Shown in pieces: positions 1-8,101 of a stretch of DNA of 27,767 bases. Origin of the DNA: an uncultured Janthinobacterium sp. GTDB lineage: Bacteria > Vulcanimicrobiota > Vulcanimicrobiia > Vulcanimicrobiales > Vulcanimicrobiaceae. The stretch lies in assembly GCA_964658025.1 (NCBI GenBank), contig CAZZXB010000022.1, forward strand, positions 1 through 27,767, given 5' to 3'. How positions within the stretch are numbered: the first letter of the stretch is position 1; each line of letters starts with the position of its first letter. The notes beneath the pieces were generated by a model. The model had not been told where the DNA came from, ran no database searches, and saw nothing but the letters and a program-made list of their open reading frames with translations. Made by a program: the position numbers and the translations under genes.

Positions 1-55
1 GAGCGCATGCTTGATAAGCATGAGGTCCCTGGTTCGAACCCAGGATGGCCCACCA
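1..55 (+). tRNA. tRNA-Ile(GAT), 5' part cut off by the window edge
   Basis: Anticodon arm CATGC-TT-GAT-AA-GCATG, T-arm CCTGG-TTCGAAC-CCAGG, ends in encoded ACCA at 52-55. Confidence 0.95.
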
Positions 56-86
56 TTTCGAACCGCTCCGCCGCGCGATCGGTGAC

Positions 87-159
87 GGGGATGTAGCTCA
101 GTTGGTAGAGCGCCGGCTTTGCAAGTCGGATGTCAGGAGTTCGAGCCTCCTCATCTCCA
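87..159 (+). tRNA. tRNA-Ala(TGC), CCA not encoded
   Basis: Acceptor stem GGGGATG/CATCTCC with the G3:U70 Ala identity pair, D-arm TAGCTCAGTTGGTAGAGC, anticodon arm CCGGC-TT-TGC-AA-GTCGG, T-loop TTCGAGC. Discriminator A159 is followed by CGA. Confidence 0.95.
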
Positions 160-211
160 CGACGCGCCGTCGCTCAAGGCGGCCGTCGCGGCGTTCGATG
201 ATGGAAGTACG

Positions 212-1807
212 ATGATCGTTCGCGCCGTCCGAATCGTCGCGCTCGTCGCGATCGTCCTGGGGATCGTCGCGCGGTTCGATTCGCTCGATCGCAAGGTCTT
301 CTGGACGGACGAGACGTTCTCGGCACTTCGCGTCTTCGGGCACGTGCAGAACGACCTCTACGCGAGCTTCGACGGGAAGATCCACGCGGCGGACGCGCTG
401 CTCGCGCTTCAACGCGACGGTGCGCGGCGCGACGCTCGCGCGACGATCGCGTCGCTTCGCGAAGAGCCGCAACGCGGACCGCTCTACTATCTCGCCGCGC
501 GATTCTGGACGCGCGCGTTCGGCGACGACGTGCGCGCGATGCGCGCGCTCTCGGCGTCGCTCGGCGCGTGCGGCATCGCCCTCGCGTTCTTCCTCGGGCG
601 ACGCGTCGCCGGAACGACCGGCGGCTATCTGTTCTCCGCGCTCGTCGCGCTCTCGCCGATCGAGATCCGCTTCTCGCAGCAATTTCGCGAGTACGTGCTC
701 GTCGCCGACGCGACGCTCCTGACGGCATGGCTGCTCCTGCGCGCGCTCGAACGACCGACGCCCGCGCGCTTCGTCGCCTACGCGTGCGCGGCGACGCTCG
801 CGCTCTACGCGAATCCGACGGCGGCGTTCGTCCTCGGCGCGCAGGCGGTCGTCGCGTTCTACGAGGCGCGCGCGCGCGATCGGACGGTCGCGATCGGTTT
901 CGCGTCGGCGTTCGCGGCCGCCGCGTGCGCGTATGCGCCGTGGGCGCTCGCCGCCGCGCGCGCGTCGGACAGGGCATCGTCGGGCGTGGCGTGGGCGGCG
1001 GGCTCGTACGGCATCGGCGCGGTCGCGACGAAATGGATCTTCAACGTCGGCGCCGTCTTCTTCGACACCGAATACGCGAACGCGCGTTACGCGATCGCGC
1101 TCGTGCCGGCGCTCGCGCTCGTCGGGTTCGCCGCTTTTCGTGCGGTCGCCACCGTGCGGACGTCGCTCCCCTCGCGACTCGGGATCGCGCTCGTCCTCGC
1201 GACGATCGTGCCGTTCGTCGCTTTCGACGCGCTCCGGCACGCGCACTTCGCGCTCGTCACGCGCTATCACATGTCGAGTTGGATCGGGATCGATCTTCTC
1301 GTCACGCTCGCGCTCGCGAACCTGCTCGGATCCGAGCGCGCGCTCCGACGACGCGCGGGTGCGCTCGCCTTCGCGAGCGTCGCCTGCATCGGCGCGATCG
1401 CGGCGCTCGTCGATCGCACCTACGATGCCTGGTGGGACAATAACGATCACCTCTCCGAACGCGCCGTCGGCGCGGCGATCGGCGCGGGGCCGCCCGGACT
1501 CGTCGTCGCGAGCGACGCGAAGGACGGCGTCGACAACACGTTCGTGCTCGTTCGGTATCTCGACGCGCGAACGCCCGTGTTGCTGACGGACGACGACGCT
1601 CCGCGCGTCGCGGGCGCGACCGTCCGGGCGTATCTCTTCGCGCCGTCCGCCAGGCTCGCACGCGCGATCGGACGCGACCTCGGCGCCGCGCCGCGCAACG
1701 TATCGCCGATTCCGGCGATCGCCGCGCACGATCTCAACGCCGCGCGATCGGGCGATCCGATGCGCGCGGAGAACGCGCTCTGGATCGTCGAACGACCGAG
1801 GCCCTGA
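212..1807 (+). CDS. GT-C fold (ArnT/PMT-like, GT39/GT83-type) integral membrane glycosyltransferase
   Basis: RFDSLDRKVFWTDE motif after TM1, then GPLYY and R-x-Y (FREY) motifs and many TM helices. Start moved to ATG 212 (GGAAG upstream) because the track start at 119 lies inside the tRNA. Confidence 0.8.
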   Translation: MIVRAVRIVALVAIVLGIVARFDSLDRKVFWTDETFSALRVFGHVQNDLYASFDGKIHAADALLALQRDGARRDARATIASLREEPQRGPLYYLAARFWTRAFGDDVRAMRALSASLGACGIALAFFLGRRVAGTTGGYLFSALVALSPIEIRFSQQFREYVLVADATLLTAWLLLRALERPTPARFVAYACAATLALYANPTAAFVLGAQAVVAFYEARARDRTVAIGFASAFAAAACAYAPWALAAARASDRASSGVAWAAGSYGIGAVATKWIFNVGAVFFDTEYANARYAIALVPALALVGFAAFRAVATVRTSLPSRLGIALVLATIVPFVAFDALRHAHFALVTRYHMSSWIGIDLLVTLALANLLGSERALRRRAGALAFASVACIGAIAALVDRTYDAWWDNNDHLSERAVGAAIGAGPPGLVVASDAKDGVDNTFVLVRYLDARTPVLLTDDDAPRVAGATVRAYLFAPSARLARAIGRDLGAAPRNVSPIPAIAAHDLNAARSGDPMRAENALWIVERPRP

Positions 1808-1976
1808 GCGGAGAACGCCTCGCGAAGGGCGCCGTCGACGGCGGAAGCCACGTCGAAGTCCCGGGCGCACCCCGAAAACGGAGCGCGCTTCGACGCGCCC
1901 GACCGACGATCTCGCATACGCGGACGTGCTGCGAACGCACGACGTAGCGATGCGCGTCGACCCGAGGGGAGCCGTC

Positions 1977-2010
1977 GAAACGGAAGGGCCGGTCGCTCGC
2001 GGCCCTTCCG
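1977..2010 (-). terminator. Probable intrinsic terminator of the 2047-2721 gene
   Basis: Perfect 11-bp stem CGGAAGGGCCG (1981-1991) / CGGCCCTTCCG (2000-2010), followed by TTTC on the minus strand. It lies between convergent genes. Confidence 0.65.
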
Positions 2011-2046
2011 AACGTCGTCCCCCTCAGAACCGAACGTTTCGCTCCG

Positions 2047-2721
2047 CTACTTCTGACACGCTCCGAGCAGGTTCGAGCCCGAGCTACACGGCGGCGCGGC
2101 CGGCGTGTTCGGATGCGAGACGCCGGCGACGATGCCGCCGATGACCGCGGGAATTCCCAAGAAGAACGGCGAGAATCCGTGCGCTCCGGCGACGATCGGC
2201 GCCGTCTGTGCGACGGTCGGCGCGACGTCGACGGGGACTTCCGCCGCGGGCGCGACCATCGAGACGGGCGTCTCGGGCGCCGGACCGACGGCCGGGACGA
2301 ACGCGGCCTTCTTGCGACGATGCGGGACGTAGGCGACGGCCTTCCGCGACGGGATGTGCGCGAGCGCCGCGTGATGGAGGAACGAGAGGTTTCCGCACGC
2401 CTGCGGCACGTAGACGATGTTGCCGTCGGCGAGTTGTACGCGCCAACCCATCTCCGGTTGTTGCATCACGGCGTTGTGCACGGCGTAGACGGTGCCGCGG
2501 CGGTTGCCGCTCATCGCGTCCAACCGGCGCGGGAGTCGAACGTACGTCGCCTTACCATCGAGCAGGTTGTTGCGGAATTCGCGGTACTCGGCGGGCGTCA
2601 TGCCGATCCGATTTGCAGCATCGCTAAACAATTTTGCGTGGTCGCGCGTCTCCGCCCACACTTCTTCGGAAGAGGTGGGCGGCGTCGCCATCATGTGGTC
2701 GACGTACAAATTAACGATCAT
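2047..2721 (-). CDS. Hypothetical protein: globular domain with VPxxCGNLS motif, Pro/Ala/Val-rich linker and C-terminal hydrophobic segment
   Basis: Protein-like composition. GAAAGG RBS precedes the ATG, an in-frame stop just upstream fixes the start, and a terminator lies downstream. Confidence 0.8.
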   Translation of the reverse strand: MIVNLYVDHMMATPPTSSEEVWAETRDHAKLFSDAANRIGMTPAEYREFRNNLLDGKATYVRLPRRLDAMSGNRRGTVYAVHNAVMQQPEMGWRVQLADGNIVYVPQACGNLSFLHHAALAHIPSRKAVAYVPHRRKKAAFVPAVGPAPETPVSMVAPAAEVPVDVAPTVAQTAPIVAGAHGFSPFFLGIPAVIGGIVAGVSHPNTPAAPPCSSGSNLLGACQK

Positions 2722-2813
2722 GGCTGCCTTTCACGGTGAACCGCCTTGAGGAACTCCACCTATGCTACGTCCGAACCGGGAGTTTCGACCACGGCCGAAT
2801 CGACCGGTTCGAT

Positions 2814-2828
2814 AGGACTTAGGTCCCC
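2814..2828. promoter_or_regulatory. DosR/NarL-family-like palindromic operator, copy 1 (AGGAC-TTAG-GTCCC)
   Basis: GGACTTAGGTCCCC (2815-2828) is identical to 14841-14854. It is 93 nt upstream of the 2721 start. Confidence 0.6.
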
Positions 2829-3622
2829 TCGCTCGCCGGGACCTTTCGTTTGAACGTCCGATATCCCCGCGATAGTGCCACCACGGAGGTTAAGACTTGG
2901 CGCGACCGTTCGCGCAACGCCGCGAGCGTTAGTCGCGAGGCGCTCTCGAAGCGTTCGCGCGGCCAGACGAGGGCGGCCGGAATCTCTTCGATCGACCGGC
3001 CGCTCGCGAGCAGTCGCGCGACGATCCACGTATTGAACTCGCCGTCGCGCGGCGCGTCGAGGATCGGTAGGAGCGCTCCGCGATCGTACGCCCGGACCAT
3101 ACCGGTAAACGTGTGAAGTTTTCGCTCGACGCAGAACGCGAGGAGCCAATTCGCGACGCGGCTCGCGATCAGTCGGATCGTCGGGACGTTCGCCACGCGC
3201 CCGCCGGCCATGTAGGGCGACGCGAGAACGGCGGCGGCGCCGCTCTCGATGAGCCGGCGGACGAGCGGCTCGACGATCTCGGGCGCGTAACTCATATCGG
3301 CGTCGAGGAGGACGACGATCCCCGTCGTCGCGTCGCGCACGCCCGTCGCGATCGCCGCTTCGAGTCCGCGGTTCACCGCGTGGGTGACGATGCGAAACCG
3401 CCCGGGAAAACGCTCCGCAGCGGCGGCGAGACGGCGGCCCGTGTCGTCGGAGGAGCCGTCGTCGACGACGATCGTCTCGACGTCGTACCGATCGCCGAGC
3501 CGAGCCATTTCGTCGAGCAACCGTTCGACTACCGCCTCGATCGCGGCCGCTTCGTTATACGCCGGGACGACGACGCTCAAGGACGGCCGTACCGAGCCGA
3601 TAGAAAAAGAAGTGGCGGTCAC
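2819..3622 (-). CDS. GT2 glycosyltransferase, polyprenol-phosphate glycosyltransferase (DPM1/ArnC-like)
   Basis: LSVVVPAYNE, VVDDGSSD, NRG, LDADMSY (DxD) and FTGMVRAY motifs. Confidence 0.9.
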   Translation of the reverse strand: MTATSFSIGSVRPSLSVVVPAYNEAAAIEAVVERLLDEMARLGDRYDVETIVVDDGSSDDTGRRLAAAAERFPGRFRIVTHAVNRGLEAAIATGVRDATTGIVVLLDADMSYAPEIVEPLVRRLIESGAAAVLASPYMAGGRVANVPTIRLIASRVANWLLAFCVERKLHTFTGMVRAYDRGALLPILDAPRDGEFNTWIVARLLASGRSIEEIPAALVWPRERFESASRLTLAALRERSRQVLTSVVALSRGYRTFKRKVPASEGT

Positions 3623-3716
3623 GATGTTCGAAAAGTCCCTCGAGTGCCGTGCGACGGACGCAAGAACCTACGGCTCGTTCTTAGCACATTTCGAACACGC
3701 GGGCAACGTTCGATCG

Positions 3717-3725
3717 TGGTAGGAT
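3717..3725 (+). promoter_or_regulatory. Candidate extended -10 promoter (TG-g-TAGGAT) of the priming transferase
   Basis: TGGTAGGAT ends 10 nt before ATG 3736, in a divergent intergenic region. Confidence 0.45.
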
Positions 3726-3735
3726 AGTCCCGAAC

Positions 3736-5175
3736 ATGAGCATGTCTCAGTCGCCCGCGGTCGAGTCGGCACTCGGCGCGAGCGCGCGTCCACGTCCGCA
3801 TCCCGCGCGCTACGCGCTCCCGGTATCGGCGCTCTACATGGGCGTCGACATCGCCGTGGTGTTCGTGGCCGGCATCGTCGCGGCGAACGTCACCGCTCGC
3901 TCGCTCGACGGCGTTCTCTCGAACGACGCGTCGTTGCAAGCGCTCGCGTTCGCGTTCGTGCTGTGGCTCCTGCTCTTCGAACGCATTGGCATGTATCGGC
4001 GCTCGTTCTCGACGAACGCGCGAGACGAAGTCTACGCCGCGCTCGCGGCCTCGACGATGGCGATGGCGCCCTCGCTCGCGATCTTCGTCCTCACGCCCGC
4101 ACTGCATCCGTACCGGAACACGCTCGTCCTCACCGTCTTGCTCGCGGCGACCCTCGTCGCGTCGTCCCGCGCGTTCCTCCACGCGATCCGAACCTCGCTC
4201 CTGCGACCGACCGCGCGCAAGATCGCGGTCGTCGGCACGGGCGATCGCGTCCGCGCGGTGCCGCAGGACCTCTCGCTCACCGCGAGCGACGAGGTGTACC
4301 GCTTCGCGGTCGACGATTTCGACGACGAACTCGCGCTCGCCACGCTCGACGGCGATCTCTCGCATCTCGGCTGGTTGCGCTCGGCGCTCGATCGCGGATG
4401 CGAGGAGATCATCGTCACCGAGGCGCTTCCGGGCGAGCTCATGCCCGCGCTCTTACGCTTCACGGAGAGTCACGGCGTCAAGCTCGCGTTCGCGCCGATG
4501 CGCATCCGTCCGCACGCGTGCGACTTCGCCGTCCGGCGCGACGGCGGCCTCGCGCTCCTCTATCCGCGCAGCCTCGCGATCTGCACGACGGGCGCGCGAC
4601 TCATCCGTCGCGTCTTCGATCTCGCGCTCGCGGTCCCGGCGCTCGTCGTCCTCGCACCGGCGATGCTCGCGATCGCCCTCGTCGTGTTCCTCGATTCGGG
4701 CGCGCCGATCTTCTACAGTCAGGTTCGCGTCGGTCGCCAGGGCCGCACCTTCCGAATTCTCAAGTTCCGTACCATGCGGCCCGACGCCGAAGTCGGAAGC
4801 GGTCCGGTTTGGGCGCGGAGCGGCGAAGACCGCACGACACGCGTAGGCCGGATCTTGCGTCGCACGAGCCTCGACGAGCTGCCGCAACTCTTCAACGTCG
4901 TGCGCGGCGAGATGTCGATCGTCGGCCCGCGCCCCGAGCGGCCGTACTACGTCGAGCAATTCCGCAAGATGTTGCCGCGCTACGACGAGCGCCATCTCGT
5001 GAAGCCCGGGATCACGGGTTGGTCGCACGTGAACATGCGACGCAACGTCGATACCTCGGCGATCGGCGAACGCTTGAGTTACGACCTCTTCTACCTCGAG
5101 AATTGGTCGATCTTCATGGACATCTTGATCATCTGCAAGACGGGCGCCGAATTCTTGTTCCACTCGGCGGCCTGA
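3736..5175 (+). CDS. Exopolysaccharide priming polyprenyl-phosphate phosphoglycosyl transferase (WcaJ/WbaP family)
   Basis: N-terminal TM helices, then the bacterial sugar transferase domain: RRVFD, KFRTM, LRRTSLDELPQLFNV, GEMSIVGPRPE, VKPGITGW, DLFYLENWS. Confidence 0.95.
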   Translation: MSMSQSPAVESALGASARPRPHPARYALPVSALYMGVDIAVVFVAGIVAANVTARSLDGVLSNDASLQALAFAFVLWLLLFERIGMYRRSFSTNARDEVYAALAASTMAMAPSLAIFVLTPALHPYRNTLVLTVLLAATLVASSRAFLHAIRTSLLRPTARKIAVVGTGDRVRAVPQDLSLTASDEVYRFAVDDFDDELALATLDGDLSHLGWLRSALDRGCEEIIVTEALPGELMPALLRFTESHGVKLAFAPMRIRPHACDFAVRRDGGLALLYPRSLAICTTGARLIRRVFDLALAVPALVVLAPAMLAIALVVFLDSGAPIFYSQVRVGRQGRTFRILKFRTMRPDAEVGSGPVWARSGEDRTTRVGRILRRTSLDELPQLFNVVRGEMSIVGPRPERPYYVEQFRKMLPRYDERHLVKPGITGWSHVNMRRNVDTSAIGERLSYDLFYLENWSIFMDILIICKTGAEFLFHSAA

Positions 5176-5185
5176 CCGTTCCGTC

Positions 5186-6565
5186 GTGACGGGCGACGGC
5201 GCGCGCGGGCTGCTGCGCAAGACGCTGCACACCTTCGCGACGCTCGCCTTCAGTCAAGGCGCGAGCGTCGCGGCGGGGATCGCGACGGCGCGTGCCTTCG
5301 GACCCGGCGGCAAGGGCATCATCAGCTTCGCCGCGATCGTGTTGACCTTCGCGGTCACGACCGCCGACGGTCTCAAATCCGCCGTCGCCTATCAGATCGG
5401 AAGCGAGAGACGCGACGCGCGCGCGGTCTGGCACGCGGCGCTACGACTCGCGGCGCTCTGCGCGATCGTCGGCACGACGACCTTGCTCTCGCTGTGGCAC
5501 GGCGACCCGGAGAAGATCGCCTTCCTCTTCGCGGCGTGCGCGTTTCCGTTCGCGCTCTACCTGCAAGCCGTCGGCGTGATCTACCAACTCCGCGATCGGA
5601 TCGAACGGATCAACGTCAAGAACGCCTCGACGATCGGCGGCGGGGGGGCGCTCGCGATCCTCGCGCTCGTCGTCGTCGCGCACGCCCCGCTCGCGTTCGT
5701 GCTCGGCACGTGGGTCGCGACGTACGTCGTCGCCGCCGTGTGGAGTTCGTTCGGCGTCCGCGCCATGCTCGCCGACGCGCCGTCGCCGCACGCGGACGTA
5801 GACGCGGTCGCGCGCCGTCGGTCCGTAACCGGAGCCCAGGACGCGGACGAGGGCGCGCTCGCGCGCCGTCAGGCCGCGTTCGGAGCGAAAGCGGCACTCT
5901 CGTCGACCGTGACGTTCCTCGCGCTCCGCGTCGACGTGTTCATCGTCGGCGCGATGCTCTCGCCGAACGCGCTCGGCATCTACACGCTCGCGCTCGCGAC
6001 GGGCGAGATCATGTGGGGCGTGAGCCGAGCGTTGCAGTGGTCGTCGGCCGGCCGGGTCGCGATGCTCGACGCGAGCGACGCGGCCCACCTGACCGCGCGA
6101 CTCGTCCGGTCGATCGTCGCGCTCCAGGCGATGGGAGCCGTCGTCGTGTTCGCGATCGGTCCGTGGCTGATCGCCCACGTGTACGGCGCGCGTTTCGCGG
6201 AGGCCGGAAACGTGCTGCGCCTGCTCCTCCCCGGCATGATCCTCTACAGCGCCGACGGATTACTTTCGTACTTCATCTCCGTCCGCGCCGCGCGGCCGGG
6301 TCTGTTGCTCGGGTTGGAATGCGTGACGCTCGGCGTCTGCGCCGCGGTCACGCTCGCGACGATCGGTACGTTCGGAATCCGCGGCGCGGCGATCGCCGAT
6401 ACGGTCGCGTACGTCTGCGCGTACGCGGTCAAGGTCGCGATCTTCACGCGGCTCACCGGCATCCCGTCGCGCGAGGTGCTCGTTCCCGTCGCGAGCGACG
6501 TCCCCGCTCGACTCGCCGTCGTGCTCGCCGGTCTCGGACTCCGACGTCGCCCCGCCGACGTCTGA
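5186..6565 (+). CDS. wzx: Wzx-type oligosaccharide flippase (MOP superfamily)
   Basis: Polytopic membrane protein with ARAFGPGGKG, RVDVFIVG...LGIYTLA, YGARFAEA and FGIRGAAIA patterns; directly follows the priming transferase. Confidence 0.85.
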   Translation: MTGDGARGLLRKTLHTFATLAFSQGASVAAGIATARAFGPGGKGIISFAAIVLTFAVTTADGLKSAVAYQIGSERRDARAVWHAALRLAALCAIVGTTTLLSLWHGDPEKIAFLFAACAFPFALYLQAVGVIYQLRDRIERINVKNASTIGGGGALAILALVVVAHAPLAFVLGTWVATYVVAAVWSSFGVRAMLADAPSPHADVDAVARRRSVTGAQDADEGALARRQAAFGAKAALSSTVTFLALRVDVFIVGAMLSPNALGIYTLALATGEIMWGVSRALQWSSAGRVAMLDASDAAHLTARLVRSIVALQAMGAVVVFAIGPWLIAHVYGARFAEAGNVLRLLLPGMILYSADGLLSYFISVRAARPGLLLGLECVTLGVCAAVTLATIGTFGIRGAAIADTVAYVCAYAVKVAIFTRLTGIPSREVLVPVASDVPARLAVVLAGLGLRRRPADV

Positions 6566-6623
6566 GCGACGCGTCGGCGCCCGCGAACGAGCGGACGACG
6601 CGCGGAGAAGCCGTCGGAGGCGC

Positions 6624-8093
6624 TCAGCGATCCGCTAACGAGTAGACGTTCGCGAGATAGAAGCGTCGGCGCTCCTCGACGCGCGTCGTCGAGCGCATCG
6701 CCGCGAGCACGTGATCGCATCCGTACGCCGCCACGCCCGCATCGCACGAACCCATCACGACGAACCACACGTGCCGCGCGCCGCGCAGTCGCACGAACGC
6801 GCGGCGCGCCTCGGCTTCGTCGTGAACGTCGATCGCGTCGTAGTCGAACGTGTCGGCCGGGAGCGACTGCGGGAAGGGCACGAGTCGGACGGGACCGCGA
6901 TACTGCCGCGCGTACGCCGGCAGGGCGTCCGCGGGAAAGATCGCGACGACGTCGCCCGGCCGCGCGACCGCCTCGAGATAGCGTCCCACGCGCACGCTGT
7001 CGCCCATCTGCGCGAGATCGCCGTACTGCCGGAACGCGACGAACGCGGTGAGCGCGATGTAGACGGCAGCGATCGCCCGCCCGGCGCGGCGTCGACGCTC
7101 GGCGACCGCAGCGTAGAGTCCGTACCCCGCGAGGAGCAACGGGATGAAAAGCGCGACGTAGTGCCGCGGTTCGAGATCGAGCCGGAGCACGGCGACGACC
7201 GCGACGAAGATCGCTTCGATCGTCGCCGCGCACACGAGCGCGGCGAACGTCCGTCGCGTGAGCTTCGGACGCACGAACGCGAGCAGGGCGAGCCCCGCGA
7301 GGGCGAGCGCGTCGTACGCGTAACGCCCGCCCGAACGATCGAGCGAGGTGTCGGTCGGGAGCACGAACTCGAGCCACGGATGGAGTGCCGTGACGCGCAA
7401 CAGCGTCGCGAGGCTCGCGGTCGTCTCGCCCGATTTCCCGACCTGCCCGTGCAGGATCGTCAGGAGCGGGAGCGCCGCCACACCGATCGCGAGGAGGACG
7501 AGCACGTATTCGCCGAGCCGCCGCCAGCGGCGCAGCGCCGCGAGCGCGACGGCGTAGCCGATGAATACGAACACGAGAAAGTACTGCGTGTAGAGCGAGA
7601 CGATGCCGATCGCGACGAACGCGACGCGCGCGCGTCGGCTGCCGCCCGAGGCGAAGCCGGCGTCGAAGGCCATGAAGCCGATCGACGTCAGCAGCAGCGC
7701 GAACGCGTAGAGCCGGATGTCCAACGCCATGAAGAGGACGAACGGATTGCACGCGATCGCGAGCGTCGCGACGAAGGGATCGCGGCCGGGGACGATGCGT
7801 CGCAAGAGGTTGGGAAGCGTGAAGAACAGACCCGTCGCGCAGACGATCGAGAACGCCCGCGCGAACCACACGTCGCCGTCGATCCGACGCCACTCCGCGA
7901 GGATCGCGAAATAGAGCGGCGCCTGCACTTCGAAATCGATCGCGCGACGCCACGCGTACGCGAGACCGTGCGCGGTGGTCGCGAGGGTGTACTCTTCGTC
8001 CGTCCAGGTGCCGAATCGCGACGCGATCGCGACGAGGACGAGCGCGTAGATCGCGCCCGCCGCGATCAGTCGGCCCCTGCCCGTCGCCGGCAC
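6624..8093 (-). CDS. Second GT-C fold (ArnT/PMT-like) membrane glycosyltransferase
   Basis: WTDEEYT after TM1, QAPLYF, IRLYA and PRHY motifs, many TMs. The start is uncertain; GTG 8093 just after the upstream stop was chosen. Confidence 0.8.
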   Translation of the reverse strand: MPATGRGRLIAAGAIYALVLVAIASRFGTWTDEEYTLATTAHGLAYAWRRAIDFEVQAPLYFAILAEWRRIDGDVWFARAFSIVCATGLFFTLPNLLRRIVPGRDPFVATLAIACNPFVLFMALDIRLYAFALLLTSIGFMAFDAGFASGGSRRARVAFVAIGIVSLYTQYFLVFVFIGYAVALAALRRWRRLGEYVLVLLAIGVAALPLLTILHGQVGKSGETTASLATLLRVTALHPWLEFVLPTDTSLDRSGGRYAYDALALAGLALLAFVRPKLTRRTFAALVCAATIEAIFVAVVAVLRLDLEPRHYVALFIPLLLAGYGLYAAVAERRRRAGRAIAAVYIALTAFVAFRQYGDLAQMGDSVRVGRYLEAVARPGDVVAIFPADALPAYARQYRGPVRLVPFPQSLPADTFDYDAIDVHDEAEARRAFVRLRGARHVWFVVMGSCDAGVAAYGCDHVLAAMRSTTRVEERRRFYLANVYSLADR

Positions 8094-8101
8094 GACCCTC
8101 G

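Noticed and set aside
119..211. N-terminal extension of the first GT-C ORF
   Set aside because: It overlaps tRNA-Ala; ATG 212 has an RBS-like sequence and begins the first TM.
1766..1818. 11-bp direct repeat GCGGAGAACGC (1766 and 1808) flanking the GT-C stop
   Set aside because: Only two copies around 31 bp, with no mobile element; compatible with chance or a tiny duplication.
98..1870. 590-aa minus-strand ORF and the many other long Arg-rich ORFs (e.g. 6711-8294, 11938-14157, 24006-25556, 25864-27354)
   Set aside because: Antisense or off-frame shadows of recognisable genes in high-GC DNA, with low-complexity Arg/Ala composition and no motifs.
3626..3730. AAAGTCCC and ATAGTCCC as further DosR-like boxes in the GT2/priming-transferase promoter
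   Set aside because: Only right half-sites with no matching GGGAC arm, so they cannot be supported without a weight matrix.
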